A DNA stretch of 64,000 nt from an uncultured beta proteobacterium (GTDB lineage Bacteria; Pseudomonadota; Gammaproteobacteria; Burkholderiales; SG8-39). The notes under the pieces are model-generated. The model saw only the letters and a program-made list of their open reading frames with translations, did not search any database and was not told the origin of the DNA. The translations under genes were made by a program, and so were the position numbers. Where the stretch lies: contig CAVQUV010000002.1 in assembly GCA_963716855.1 (NCBI GenBank), positions 170,758 to 234,757 on the forward strand, in the 5' to 3' direction. How positions within the stretch are numbered: the stretch's first letter is position 1; the number at the start of each line of letters is the position of its first letter. Shown here in pieces: positions 20,474 to 30,972 of the stretch.

Positions 20474-21835
20474 ATGATGCTGATCAGGAACGCCACCGCC
20501 ATCATGACCGGCCTCGCGGGCGAGAATGCCCGGGCGGCCGGGCGCGACCTGCGCATCGACGCGAACGGCCGCATCGCGGCGATCGGCGCGCTCGCGCCGC
20601 AGCCCGGCGAGCGCGTGGTCGACGCCACCGACTGCGTCGTGTACCCCGGCTGGGTCAACACCCATCACCACCTCGCCCAGTCGGTGCTGAAGGGCGTGCC
20701 CGCGGGGATCAACCTGCCGCTGCTCGCCTGGCTGGACGCCGTACCCTATCGCTACCGCTCCCGCTTCGACGCGGAGCTGCTGGCGACCGCGGCGGAGATC
20801 GGGATCACGGAGCTCATGCTGTCGGGCTGCACGACGGTCGCCGACCATCACTACGTCTACTGGCCGGGAATGGGCTACGACCCGGCGCAGGTCTACTTCG
20901 ACCTCGCGGCGCGGCTCGGCGTCCGCTTCGTGCTCTGCCGCGGCGGCGCCACCGTGAAGCGGGCCTTCGAAGCGAACGACCCGAACGCGGTGCAGCCCGA
21001 GACGCTGGACGGGATCGTCGGCGACGTCGAGCGGCTCGTCGGCGCCTATCACGATCCGGGTCCCGAGGCGATGCGCCGCATCGTGCTCGCGCCGGCGACC
21101 CCCACCTGGTCGCTGCGCCCCGAGGAGCTGAAGCCGGCGGTGCGCGCGGCCCGCAAGCTCGGAATTCGCGTGCACAGCCATCTCTCGGAGACGGCCGACT
21201 ACGTCGCCTTCTGCCGCGAAAAGCACGACTGCAAGCCGGTCGAGTTCATGGCCGAGCACGAATGGCTCGGCAGCGACGTCTGGTTCGCGCACATGGTGCA
21301 TCTCTCCGCGTCGGAGATCCGGCTCGCGGGCGAGACCGGCACCGGCGTCGCGCACTGCCCCGCATCCAACTGCCGGCTGGGGAGCGGCGTCGCCCCGGTG
21401 GCGGAGCTCGCCCGCGCCGGCGCACCGGTGTCGATCGGCGTGGACGGCGCAGCCTCCAACGAGTCCGCCGACTTCATCACCGAGGCTCATACCTGCTGGT
21501 ACACGCACCGCGCGGTGAAGGGCGCCGCCGCGGTGACCGTCGAGGACGTGATCCACTGGGGCACCCGCGGTGGCGCGCGCGTGCTCGGGATCGACAACAT
21601 CGGCGCGCTCGAGGTCGGCCGCGCGGCGGACCTCGCCGTCTACTCGCTCGATCATCCGCGCTATGCGGGGCTGCACGATCCGGCGATCGGCCCGGTGGCG
21701 AGCGGTGGCAAGCCGCACCTCCGGCTCCTTACGGTGCAGGGACGGGTGGTGGTGGAAGACGATTCGATTCCCGGGCAGGACCTGCCGCGACTGCTCGCCC
21801 GCGCGCGCGAGGCCGTGCGGAAGCTTGCGAACTGA
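20474..21835 (+). CDS. Metal-dependent amidohydrolase, COG0402 family (8-oxoguanine/guanine/isoxanthopterin deaminase or AtzB/TrzA-like)
   Basis: 453 aa. MMLIRNATAIMTG... with the HxH metal site in PGWVNTHHHLAQ, plus VHSHLSET, AHCPASN and GVDGAASN. Confidence 0.85.
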   Translation: MMLIRNATAIMTGLAGENARAAGRDLRIDANGRIAAIGALAPQPGERVVDATDCVVYPGWVNTHHHLAQSVLKGVPAGINLPLLAWLDAVPYRYRSRFDAELLATAAEIGITELMLSGCTTVADHHYVYWPGMGYDPAQVYFDLAARLGVRFVLCRGGATVKRAFEANDPNAVQPETLDGIVGDVERLVGAYHDPGPEAMRRIVLAPATPTWSLRPEELKPAVRAARKLGIRVHSHLSETADYVAFCREKHDCKPVEFMAEHEWLGSDVWFAHMVHLSASEIRLAGETGTGVAHCPASNCRLGSGVAPVAELARAGAPVSIGVDGAASNESADFITEAHTCWYTHRAVKGAAAVTVEDVIHWGTRGGARVLGIDNIGALEVGRAADLAVYSLDHPRYAGLHDPAIGPVASGGKPHLRLLTVQGRVVVEDDSIPGQDLPRLLARAREAVRKLAN

Positions 21836-21837
21836 CC

Positions 21838-22698
21838 ATGCGGCGCTTCGAGTATTTCGAGCCTGGAACACTCGACGAGGTGGTCGCGCTGCTGGGGCGC
21901 TTCGGGGGCGACGCAAGCCTGCTCGCTGGCGGCACGGACCTGCTCGTCGAGATCAGGGAGCACCTCCGCTGGCCGCGGCAGGTCGTCAACATCAAGAAGA
22001 TCCCGGGCATGGCCGCGCTCGAGTTCGACGACCGGACCGGGCTGCGGTTCGGCGCGCTCGTCACTGCGCGCGAGATCGAGATCTCGCCGGTCGTGCTGGC
22101 GAAGTACCCGGGCCTCGCCCAGGCCGCGCGCGAGCTCGGTTCGATCCAGGTTCGCCATCGCGCCACGGTCGTCGGCAACATTTGCCGCGCGTCGCCCTCC
22201 GCCGACACGCTGCCCCCGCTGATCGCCGACGGTGCGACGGTGCGGATCTACGGACCCACGGGGGAGCGGACCGTCGCGCTCGAGTCGTTCTTCACCGGGC
22301 CCGGCAAGACGGTCCTCGCGCCCGGCGAACTGGTGACGGAGATCGCGGTGCCGCCGCCGCCGCCGCGCACCGGCAAGCACTACCTCAAGCACGGCCGCCG
22401 CAAGGCGATGGAGCTCGCGACCGTCGGCGTCGGCGTGACGCTCACGCTCGACGGCGTCGCGTGCCGCGAGATCCGGATCGCGCTCGGTGCCGTCGCGCCG
22501 ACGCCGATCCGCGCGCGGCAGGCGGAAGATGCGCTGCGCGGCCGGACGCCGGACGGCGCGGCGATCGAGGCGGCGGCGCGGATCGCGATGGGCGAATGCC
22601 GCCCGATCAGCAACGTGCGCGGCAGCGCGGCGTACCGGCGGGAAATGGTCGGCGTGCTCACGCAGCGCGCGATCGACGCAGGCACTGAGGGCGAGTAG
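21838..22698 (+). CDS. Molybdenum hydroxylase FAD-binding (medium, CoxM-like) subunit, copy 1
   Basis: 286 aa. F-Y-EP-TLDEVVALL...LLAGGTDLLVEI (FAD_binding_5) and a CO-dehydrogenase flavoprotein C-terminal domain (RGSAAYRREMVGVL). The ATG is 2 nt after the amidohydrolase stop. Confidence 0.88.
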   Translation: MRRFEYFEPGTLDEVVALLGRFGGDASLLAGGTDLLVEIREHLRWPRQVVNIKKIPGMAALEFDDRTGLRFGALVTAREIEISPVVLAKYPGLAQAARELGSIQVRHRATVVGNICRASPSADTLPPLIADGATVRIYGPTGERTVALESFFTGPGKTVLAPGELVTEIAVPPPPPRTGKHYLKHGRRKAMELATVGVGVTLTLDGVACREIRIALGAVAPTPIRARQAEDALRGRTPDGAAIEAAARIAMGECRPISNVRGSAAYRREMVGVLTQRAIDAGTEGE

Positions 22699-22700
22699 CG

Positions 22701-23184
22701 ATGAAGCGGGTCATCGAAGTCACGATCAACGGCGAGCGCCAGGCGCTGGCGCTCGAGCCCTACCGCAGCCTGCTCGACGTGCTGCGGAACGAGGTCGGGC
22801 TCACCGGCACGAAGAAGGGCTGCGACGTCGGCGACTGCGGCGCGTGCACCGTGCTGCTCGACGGCAAGCCGGTCAACTCGTGCCTCGTGCTCGGCGTCGA
22901 GGTCGGCGGCTGCGAGCGTCGTGACGATCGAGGGCCTCCAGCCCGACCCGGAGCGCCTGCACCCGCTGCAGGAGAGCTTCATGAAGCACGGCGGCGCGCA
23001 GTGCGGGTTCTGCACGCCGGGCTTCATCATGATGGCGAAGGCGCTGCTCGACGAGAATCCCGACCCGACCGAGGACGAGATCCGCTTCGGCATCGCGGGG
23101 AACATCTGCCGCTGCACCGGCTACACGAAGATCGTGACGGCGATCCAGGCGGCCGCGAAGGAACTCGCGGAGGCAAAGCCGTGA
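22701..23184 (+). pseudogene. Molybdenum hydroxylase [2Fe-2S] (small, CoxS-like) subunit, copy 1, with a +1 shift near nt 22917
   Basis: The N-terminal half is in frame 3 ([33 protein letters not shown]). The C-terminal half is in frame 1 ([10 protein letters not shown]...[16 protein letters not shown]...[15 protein letters not shown] 22921..23184). Confidence 0.85.
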
Positions 23185-25499
23185 GCATCGTAGGAAGCGC
23201 GATCGCAGGAAACGCGATCGTAGGAAACGCGATCGTAGGAACCAGCGTCAAGCGCACCGACCTGATCGGCAAGGTCACCGGCACCGCGCAGTACGCGGGC
23301 GACGTGAAGCTCGCCGGCATGCTGCACGGGAAGATCAAGCGCAGCAACATCGCGCATGCCAACATCAAACGCATCGACGTCAGCCGGGCGCGCGCGTTTC
23401 CCGGCGTGAAGGCGGTGCTGACGCACGAGAACGTGCCGCGCGTGCTGCACTACGGCTCGCCGCATCCGCGCTCGGCCTCGGTCACGTGCGATCAGTACAT
23501 CCTCGACCGGAAGGTGCGCTACTGGGGCGAGGGCGTCGCCGCCGTCGCGGCGGTGAGCGAGGAGATCGCCGAGGAGGCGCTCGACCTGATCGACGTCGAG
23601 TACGAGCCGCTGCCCGCCGTCTTCACCGTGGAGGCGGCGCAGGCCCCCGGCGCGCCGGTCATTCATGAGACCGGATACGCGAACAACCTGCTCTTCAAGC
23701 CGATCGTGGTCGCGCGCGGCGATGTCGCGAACGGTTTCGCGCAGGCCGATCTGATCCTCGAGGGCGAATACGAGACCGGACGCCCGACGCCGGCATACAT
23801 GGAGCCGAACGTCTGCGTGTGCCAGTGGGACAACACCGGCAAGCTCACGGTGTGGGTCTCGACCCAGACCGCGTTCATGGTGCGCGGGATCCTCGCCGAG
23901 GTGCTCGGCCTGCCGCTCAACAAAGTGCGGGTGCTCGTGGACCACATGGGCGGCGGCTTCGGCGCGAAGCAGGACCTCTTCCAGCACGAGTTCCTGTGCG
24001 CGCTGCTCGCAAAGGAGACCCGTCATCCGGTGCGGATGGAATTCACGCGCGGCGAGACGTTCGTCGGCGGGCGCTCGCGTCACCCCTGCAAGATCTGGCT
24101 CAAGCAGGGCTTCAGGAAGGACGGCACGATCGTCGCGCGCCAGGCGCGCATGACCTACAACAGCGGCGCATACGGCTCGCACGGACCGGGCGTCACCATC
24201 GTCGGCACGAGCGCGCTCACCTCGCTCTATCGCTGCGAGAACGTCCACCTCGAAGGGCGTTGCGTCTATACGAACACGCCGATCGCGGGTGCCTACCGCG
24301 GCTACGGCGTGGTGCAGACCTACTACGCGCTCGACATCCAGATGGACGAGGCCGCCGCCCGGCTCGGCATGGATCCCGTCGCGCTCAAGCTCAAGAACGC
24401 GGTGCGCGAGGGCGACCTGGCGCCGTCCGGCCACCCGATCGTCGGGCATGGCCTCGAGGACTGCATCCGGCGCGGCGCGCAGGAGACCGGCTGGGAGGCG
24501 CTGCGCCGGCGGCCGCGCGAGTCGGGCGGCACGCTGCGCCGCGGCTGGGGCATGGGCTGCGAGATGCACGGCTCCAGCGCCTACCCCGGCATCAAGGAGC
24601 AGGGCAACGCAATCGTGAAGATGAACGAGGACGGCACCGCCGTCCTCCTGACCGGCGCCGCCGGCCTGGGCACCGGGGCGCACACCGCGCTCGCGCAGAT
24701 CGTCGCCGAGGAGCTGGGGCTGCGCTTCGACGACATCGCCGTCGTCCACGGCGACACCGACATCGTGCCGTGGGACATCGGCGCGTTTGCGAGCCACACC
24801 ACGTTCATGGTGGGGCGCGCGGCGCAGATGGCGGCAGCCGAGGTGAAGAAACAGCTCCTCGCCCGCGCGGGGGAGCAGCTCGAAGTGGCGCCCGAGGATC
24901 TCGAGATCCGCGACAGCGTGATCGCGGTGCGCGGGGTCGCCGGCAAGGGCATGACCGTGCGCGAATCGATGGGTCCGAAGCCCGGCATCCCGGCGGCGAA
25001 CCTGCTGGGCAACGGGACCTACACGCCGACCAAGTCGTACTCGTTCGCCGCGCATTTCGTGGAGGTGCAGGTCGACACCGGGACCGGGCAGATCGACGTG
25101 CTGCAAGTCGTCCCGGTGCACGAGATCGGCAAGGTCGTGCATCCGGTCGCGGCCGCCGGCCAGATCGAAGGCGGGATCCAGCAAGGCATCGGCCACACGC
25201 TCACGGAGGAATACGTCGTCGATCTCACCAACGGCCGCTCGCTCAACGCCGGGTTCGTCGACTACAAGATGCCGCTGTCGATGGACATGCCGCCGATCAG
25301 GACGATCATCCTGGAGACCGCCCCGGATCCCGGCGGACCCTACGGGGCCAAGGGCCTCGGCGAGGATCCGATCATCGCCATCGGCCCCGCGATCGCCAAC
25401 GCCGTGCACGCCGCGATCGGCGTGCGCTTCCGCCATTTCCCGATCACGCCGGAGCAGGTGCTCGCGGCACTGAAGGACCCGTCGAATGCAGATGCCTGA
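23181..25499 (+). CDS. Molybdenum hydroxylase molybdopterin-binding (large, CoxL-like) subunit, copy 1
   Basis: GTG 23181 overlaps the small-subunit stop. 772 aa with [19 protein letters not shown], the active-site loop [14 protein letters not shown] and [18 protein letters not shown]. It lacks the CODH VAYRCSFR loop. Confidence 0.9.
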   Translation: MSIVGSAIAGNAIVGNAIVGTSVKRTDLIGKVTGTAQYAGDVKLAGMLHGKIKRSNIAHANIKRIDVSRARAFPGVKAVLTHENVPRVLHYGSPHPRSASVTCDQYILDRKVRYWGEGVAAVAAVSEEIAEEALDLIDVEYEPLPAVFTVEAAQAPGAPVIHETGYANNLLFKPIVVARGDVANGFAQADLILEGEYETGRPTPAYMEPNVCVCQWDNTGKLTVWVSTQTAFMVRGILAEVLGLPLNKVRVLVDHMGGGFGAKQDLFQHEFLCALLAKETRHPVRMEFTRGETFVGGRSRHPCKIWLKQGFRKDGTIVARQARMTYNSGAYGSHGPGVTIVGTSALTSLYRCENVHLEGRCVYTNTPIAGAYRGYGVVQTYYALDIQMDEAAARLGMDPVALKLKNAVREGDLAPSGHPIVGHGLEDCIRRGAQETGWEALRRRPRESGGTLRRGWGMGCEMHGSSAYPGIKEQGNAIVKMNEDGTAVLLTGAAGLGTGAHTALAQIVAEELGLRFDDIAVVHGDTDIVPWDIGAFASHTTFMVGRAAQMAAAEVKKQLLARAGEQLEVAPEDLEIRDSVIAVRGVAGKGMTVRESMGPKPGIPAANLLGNGTYTPTKSYSFAAHFVEVQVDTGTGQIDVLQVVPVHEIGKVVHPVAAAGQIEGGIQQGIGHTLTEEYVVDLTNGRSLNAGFVDYKMPLSMDMPPIRTIILETAPDPGGPYGAKGLGEDPIIAIGPAIANAVHAAIGVRFRHFPITPEQVLAALKDPSNADA
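23184..23243 (+). repeat. Four tandem 15-bp in-frame repeats at the 5' end of the large-subunit gene
   Basis: agcatcgtaggaagc / gcgatcgcaggaaac / gcgatcgtaggaaac / gcgatcgtaggaacc, encoding [20 protein letters not shown]. Confidence 0.75.
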
Positions 25500-26496
25500 C
25501 AAGGGGATGCGGCCGCCGGTCCCCGTCACGATCCTCACCGGCTTCCTCGGATCGGGGAAGACAACGCTGCTCAACTACATCCTCACCGAGCGGCACGGGC
25601 ACCGCATCGCCGTCATCGAGAACGAGTTCGGCGAGGTCAACATCGATGCGGGCCTGGTGCTCACGTCGGAGGAGCAGATCTACGAGTTCACGAACGGCTG
25701 CATCTGCTGCGTGGGCAGCGTGCGCACCGACCTGATCAAGATCCTCAAGAACCTCATGGGCCGCCGCGAGAAGTTCGACCACATCCTGGTCGAGACGAGC
25801 GGCCTCGCCGATCCGCAGCCGGTCGCGGCGACCTTCTTCGTCGACGACGAGGTCGCGCGCCAGGTCACGCTGGACGGGATCGTCACGCTGGTGGATGCGA
25901 AGCACATCGGGCAGCACCTCGACGACCCGAGCCTGCACGGGCACGACAACCAGGCGGTCGACCAGATCGTCACCGCCGATCGCGTGATCGTGAACAAGGT
26001 CGACCTCGTGGACGAGGCGGCGGCCGCGGCGATCGAGGCGCGGGTGCGCGGCCTGAACGCGACCGCCGAGATCATCCGGTCGAGCTACGCGAAGGTCGCG
26101 CTCGACCGCATCCTCGGCATCGGCGCATTCGATCTCGCGCACACCATGGCGGTCGAGCCGGACTTCCTCGACGACCAGCATCACGCGCACGAGCACGATG
26201 CGGCGGTCGAGTCGATCGCCGCGGTCTACGACGCGCGCTTCGATCGCTTCCGCCTGGCGGCCTTCCTCAAGCGCCTGCTCGATGCGCGCGGCGACGATAT
26301 CTTCCGCGTGAAAGGCATCGTCGCGGTCGCCGACGACCATCGCCGCTGCGTTCTCCAGGCGGTGCACAAGATCATGGAGCTGCGTCCGGCCAATCCCTGG
26401 GGCGCCGAGAAGCCGACCAGCAAGATCGTGTTCATCGGCCGCAATCTCGACCGCGTGGAGATCGAGGCGGGGCTGAAGGATTGCCTCGTGGCGTGA
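25486..26496 (+). CDS. COG0523 (CobW/HypB/UreG-type, G3E) metallochaperone GTPase
   Basis: P-loop [15 protein letters not shown], CxCC motif NGCICCV, His-rich stretch [10 protein letters not shown] and a CobW C-terminal domain. The start overlaps the end of the large-subunit gene; an alternative Met lies at 25507. Confidence 0.85.
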   Translation: MQMPDKGMRPPVPVTILTGFLGSGKTTLLNYILTERHGHRIAVIENEFGEVNIDAGLVLTSEEQIYEFTNGCICCVGSVRTDLIKILKNLMGRREKFDHILVETSGLADPQPVAATFFVDDEVARQVTLDGIVTLVDAKHIGQHLDDPSLHGHDNQAVDQIVTADRVIVNKVDLVDEAAAAAIEARVRGLNATAEIIRSSYAKVALDRILGIGAFDLAHTMAVEPDFLDDQHHAHEHDAAVESIAAVYDARFDRFRLAAFLKRLLDARGDDIFRVKGIVAVADDHRRCVLQAVHKIMELRPANPWGAEKPTSKIVFIGRNLDRVEIEAGLKDCLVA

Positions 26497-26545
26497 GCGC
26501 CTCGGCGCGCGGTTCGCGCGAGGCCAAGACGCATGACCGTGCCGC

Positions 26546-27301
26546 GTGATCGACGATCCGATCTTCTATCTCGCCGCCGTGCCGGCCGTCCTGCTGTACG
26601 GGATCGCGAAGGGCGGGTTTGCGGGCGGCTTCGGCATCGTCGCCGTGCCGCTCATGGCGCTCGTGATCCCGCCGGCGCAGGCTGCGGCGATCATGCTGCC
26701 GATCCTGCTCGTCATGGATCTCGCCGCCGTCTGGGCGTACCGGCGATCGTGGGACCGGGGGCTCATCAAGCTGCTGGTACCCGCGAGCCTCCTTGGCATG
26801 GCGATCGGCACGCTCGCATTCCGCTACCTGACGCCGGACCTCATCCGGCTCGCCCTCGGGGCGATCGCGATCGCGTTCGTGCTGTATCGCTGGGCTGCGC
26901 ACGTGCCCAATGCGACGCCCGCGCGCCGCTCGGTCGCGAAGGGCTGGTTCTGGGGCACGCTGTCCGGGCTCACGGGATTCGTCGCGCACGCCGGCGGCCC
27001 GCCGCTGCACGTCTTTCTCTTGCCGCTGCGACTCGCGCCGGCGTTGCTGATCGGAACGGTGGCCGTCCTCTTCGCCGCGCTCAACTGGGCGAAGGTTCTC
27101 CCGTATTGGTGGCTCGGGCTCTTGAGCGTTCAGAACGTCTCGACCGCGGCGGCCCTCGTTCCCGTGGGCGTCGCGGGGGTGTGGGCCGGCGTGTGGCTGC
27201 AGCGGCGCGTCAACGAAAAGCTGTTCTACTCGCTGATCTACGTGTTCCTGCTGCTGACGGGGCTGAAGCTGTGTTACGACGGACTTCGGGCCGTGATCTG
27301 A
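26546..27301 (+). CDS. TauE/SafE (DUF81) family anion exporter/permease
   Basis: 251 aa with 7-8 TM helices and an internal duplication typical of DUF81 (YGIAKGGFAGGFGIVAVPLM ... GFVAHAGGPPLHVFLL). Confidence 0.8.
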   Translation: MIDDPIFYLAAVPAVLLYGIAKGGFAGGFGIVAVPLMALVIPPAQAAAIMLPILLVMDLAAVWAYRRSWDRGLIKLLVPASLLGMAIGTLAFRYLTPDLIRLALGAIAIAFVLYRWAAHVPNATPARRSVAKGWFWGTLSGLTGFVAHAGGPPLHVFLLPLRLAPALLIGTVAVLFAALNWAKVLPYWWLGLLSVQNVSTAAALVPVGVAGVWAGVWLQRRVNEKLFYSLIYVFLLLTGLKLCYDGLRAVI

Positions 27302-27323
27302 GCGGCGAGCGCCTCGCGACCGC

Positions 27324-28199
27324 ATGAAACCTGCCGCATTCGAGTATCGCGCCCCGACGTCGCTCGAGGAGGTGTTCGGTCTCCTCGAGGCGAATCCGGA
27401 CGCGAAGCTCCTGGCCGGCGGGCAAAGCCTCGTGCCGGTGCTCAATTTCCGGCTGGCGGCACCGCCGCTCCTGATCGACCTCAATCGGATCCCCGCGCTC
27501 GCGGGCGTCGCGTTCGAGCGGAACGGTGCGCTGACGATAGGCGCGATGACGCGTCATCGCGTGTTCGAGACCGATCCACGCGTGCGCCAGGCGCAGCCGC
27601 TCGCCGCCGCAGCGGTTTCGGAGATCGCGCACGTGCCGATCCGCAATCGCGGCACGATCGGCGGGAGCCTCTGCCACGCCGATCCCGCGGCCGAGTGGCC
27701 CGCAGTCGCGCTCGCCTGCGGCGCCGAGCTGACCATCGCGCGCCGGGGTGCCACGCGCACCGTGCCCGCCGCCGATTTCTTCACCGGGCTGTTCAGCACA
27801 GTGGTCGGACCGGGCGAGCTCCTGACCGCGGTGCGCTTCCCCGCGTGGCCGGAGCGACGCCGCCACGGCTTCGTCGAGATCGCCCGCCGCCAGGGCGATT
27901 TCGCGATCGTCGGCGTCGCAGCGACGGTGGGCCTGGACGCGCAGGGCGACGCCGTCGCGGCGCGCATCGCGGTGTTCGGCGCCGCCGACACGCCGGTCCT
28001 TGCGGCCGAGGCGGCGCAGGCGCTCGTCGGTCGTCGCGGAATCGAGGCGGCGCGCGAGGCAGGGCGCATCGCGCGGGCGCGCATTCCGACGCGCTCGGAT
28101 CACCACGCGAGCGCCGAGTACCGCAGCGAGCTCATCGAGGTGCTGGTGCGCCGTGCGCTCGAGCAGGCGCTCGTGCCCGCGCCGGCAAAGGCGGCCTGA
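27324..28199 (+). CDS. Molybdenum hydroxylase FAD-binding (CoxM-like) subunit, copy 2
   Basis: 291 aa. MKPAAFEYRAPTSLEEVFGLLE...LLAGGQSLVPVLNFR and a C-terminal ASAEYRSELIEVLVRRAL. Confidence 0.88.
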   Translation: MKPAAFEYRAPTSLEEVFGLLEANPDAKLLAGGQSLVPVLNFRLAAPPLLIDLNRIPALAGVAFERNGALTIGAMTRHRVFETDPRVRQAQPLAAAAVSEIAHVPIRNRGTIGGSLCHADPAAEWPAVALACGAELTIARRGATRTVPAADFFTGLFSTVVGPGELLTAVRFPAWPERRRHGFVEIARRQGDFAIVGVAATVGLDAQGDAVAARIAVFGAADTPVLAAEAAQALVGRRGIEAAREAGRIARARIPTRSDHHASAEYRSELIEVLVRRALEQALVPAPAKAA

Positions 28200-28669
28200 T
28201 GCCCGTCGAAATCGCGCTCACGGTGAACGGCCAAAGCGCGCGCGGCTCGGTCGAGCCGCGCGAATCGCTCGCCGACTTCCTGCGCGAGGACCTCGCGCTC
28301 ACGGGTACGCACCTCGGCTGCGAGCACGGCGCGTGCGGCGCGTGCACGGTGCTGGTCGACGGCGCGGCGGTGCGGTCGTGCCTGATGTTCGCCGTGCAGG
28401 CCGACGGCGCGAAGATCGTGACGGTGGAGGGGCTCGCGCGCGGTGACGAGCTCTCACCGCTGCAGCGCGCCTTTCACGCGCATCACGCCCTTCAGTGCGG
28501 GTTCTGCACCCCCGGCTTCCTCGTCACGGCGACGGCGTTGCTCGCGGAGAACCCGGATCCGACGCCCGACGAGGTCCGCGCCGCGCTCTCGGGAAGCCTC
28601 TGCCGGTGCACCGGATACATCGGGATTGTCGCAGCGGTGCTCGCCGCAGCGAAGGCGGGTGGCGCGTGA
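28199..28669 (+). CDS. Molybdenum hydroxylase [2Fe-2S] (CoxS-like) subunit, copy 2
   Basis: 156 aa with GCEHGACGACTVLVDG...[10 protein letters not shown]...LCRCTGY. The ATG overlaps the preceding stop. Confidence 0.9.
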   Translation: MPVEIALTVNGQSARGSVEPRESLADFLREDLALTGTHLGCEHGACGACTVLVDGAAVRSCLMFAVQADGAKIVTVEGLARGDELSPLQRAFHAHHALQCGFCTPGFLVTATALLAENPDPTPDEVRAALSGSLCRCTGYIGIVAAVLAAAKAGGA

Positions 28670-30922
28670 GAGAGCGACGCGGCGGCGCGCGGCTGGGTCG
28701 GGCGTGCGGTTCCGCGCAGCGAGGATCTGCGCTTCGTCACCGGGCGCGGGCGCTACGTCGACGACCTGAAGTTTCCGGGCATGCTGCACGCGGTGGTCGT
28801 GCGCAGCGCGCATGCCCACGCGCTGCTGCGGGGCATCGACACGACCGCGGCGCTCGCCGTGCCGGGCGTCGCCGCAGTGTTCACGTTCGCCGACATCGCC
28901 GTGCATGCCGCGCCGATCCCGGTCCGGACCGGGCCGCTCGAAGGGACCGAGCGCTACCTGCAGCGACCGCTCGCAAGCGACCGGGTTCGCTACGTGGGCG
29001 AGCCGGTCGCGTTGGTGGTCGCGGCCGACCGCTACGTCGCCGAGGACGCAGCCGAGCGGGTCGCGGTGGACTACGAGCCGCTGCCCGCTGTGGTCGACGT
29101 TGCGGCCGCGCGCATCGATCGAACGCTGCTCTTCCCCGAGACGGGCACGAACCGGTCGTGCGCCTATCGCATCGCGCTCGGCGACGTCGACGCGGCGTTC
29201 GCGCGTGCCGACTACGTGCGCACCGAGACGTTCCGGTGCCAGCGCCATGGCGCGATTCCGTTGGAGACGCGCGGCCTCGTCTGCCTGGAGCGCGACGGCA
29301 CGCTCGAGGTCTGGGGCGCGACGAAGGTGCCTTTCTGGAACCGCCGCACCCTCGCGGCGATGCTCGAGCGCCCGGTCGATTCGATCGCGATGATCGAGGT
29401 CGACGTCGGCGGCAGCTTCGGAGCGCGCGGCGAGTTCTATCCCGAGGACCTCCTGATCCCGTTCGCGGCCCTCGCGCTCGGGCGGCCGGTGAAGTGGATC
29501 GAGGACCGGCGCGAGCACCTGATGGCCGCGAACCACTCCCGCGAGATGGAGTGCGAGCTGTCGGTCGCCCTCGCGCGCGACGGCACCCTGCTCGGGCTGC
29601 GCGGGCGGCTCGCGGTGGACATGGGCGCCTACACGCGCACTAACAGCGGTGTAGTACCGTCGAAGGCCGCGCAATTCCTGCTCGGACCGTACCGACTGCG
29701 GCACTTCGGTTGCGACGTCGAGCTCGCGATGACGAACAAGACGCCGGTGGGCACCTACCGGGCGCCGGGGCGGTTCGAAGCGAATTTCTTCCGCGAGCGG
29801 CTGTTCGACATCGCCTGCGGCGAACTGGGGATCGATCGCGTCGCGTTCCGGGAGAGGAACCTCATCCGGCCCGACGAGCTGCCCTGGTCGATCGGCAAGA
29901 CCGTGCCCTACGAGCCGGAGACCGAATACGACACCGGCGACTATCCTGGCCTGTTCCGCCGCGCGCTCGAGGCGTTCGACTACGCCGGCCGGATGCAGCG
30001 CGCCGCCGCAGCGCGTGACGGCCGGCTGCACGGCGTGGGCTTCGGCTGCTTCGTGGAGTCGAGCGGCGCCGGGCCGGCCGAGTCGGCGCGCATCGTCGCG
30101 CGGGGGAGGGGCCGCTTCGACCTCTACACCGGCACCTCGTCGGCCGGGCAGGGGCACGAGACCTCGCTCGCCCAGATCCTCGCCGATGCGGTCGGTGCGC
30201 CGCTCGCGGCGATCGCGGTGCATCACGGCTCGACCGGGCTCGTGCCGCAGGGATTCGGCACGTTTCACAGCCGCGCGGTCGTCGTCGGCGGGAGCGCCGT
30301 GATGCTGGCCGGCGAGAAGCTCGCCGCGCAGCTCGCGGCGCTTGCGGCCGAGCGCGGAACGACCGTCGAGTCGCTCGACCTTGACGCACTTGCTGCAGCG
30401 TCGCATCCTGCGCTCGAAGCGCTCGCGACGTTCGAGGTCGACAAGCGGACCTACACGTACGGCGTGCATCTGTGTCACGTCGCCGTGGACCCGGAAACCG
30501 CGCGCGTCGACGTGCTCGACTATCTCTCCACCGAGGACGTGGGGCGCGCGATCAACCCGCTGATCGTTCACGGCCAGGCGATCGGCGCGGCGGTGCAGGG
30601 GCTGGGCGGCGCCTTTCTGGACGAGTTCAAGTACGACGCCGAGGGGCAGCTCCTCACCGGCACCTTCGCCGACTACCTGCTCCCGACCGCAACCGACTTC
30701 CCGAACGTGTCCGCGCTGACCTTCGAGGAGTCGCCCTCGCTGCTCAATCCGCTCGGCGCGAAGGGCGCCGGGGAGGGCGGCATCGTCGCGGTCGGCGCGG
30801 CGGTGGGCAACGCCGTGGCGCACGCGCTCGCGCCGCTCGGCGTGGCGATCACGGCCATGCCGCTGTCGCTCGACAACCTTGCGCGCGCGATTCGCGCGGC
30901 GCGCGGCAAAGGCGGCTCGTGA
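28666..30922 (+). pseudogene. Molybdenum hydroxylase molybdopterin-binding (CoxL-like) subunit, copy 2; its 5' end needs a +1 shift near nt 28684
   Basis: ORF 28781..30922 (713 aa, loop GTYRAPGRFEANFF) begins at an internal Met. The conserved N-terminus WVGRAVPRSEDLRFVTGRGRYVDDLKFPG is encoded upstream in the same frame. There is no ATG, GTG or TTG between the stop at 28667-28669 and that segment. GTG 28666 (overlapping the copy-2 small-subunit stop) is one frame off. Confidence 0.8.
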
Positions 30923-30972
30923 GCGGGGAAAGGCGGTATGCTTTCAAGGCAGCGTCCACACGGGAGGAACCC

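Noticed and set aside
22701-25499. A single 932-aa fusion ORF covering the small and large Mo-hydroxylase subunits.
   Set aside because: The middle about 90 residues of that ORF are out-of-frame nonsense. The genuine small-subunit C-terminus is in ORF 22921..23184. The apparent fusion is a by-product of the +1 shift near 22917. It arises because the large-subunit frame happens to coincide with the small-subunit N-terminal frame.
21838-30922. Annotation of the two CoxMSL-like sets as aerobic carbon monoxide dehydrogenase.
   Set aside because: Neither large subunit has the form I active-site loop VAYRCSFR; they have GAYRGYGV and GTYRAPGR. No coxDEFG accessory genes are present. The context (amidohydrolase, ABC importers) points to organic N-heterocycle hydroxylation.
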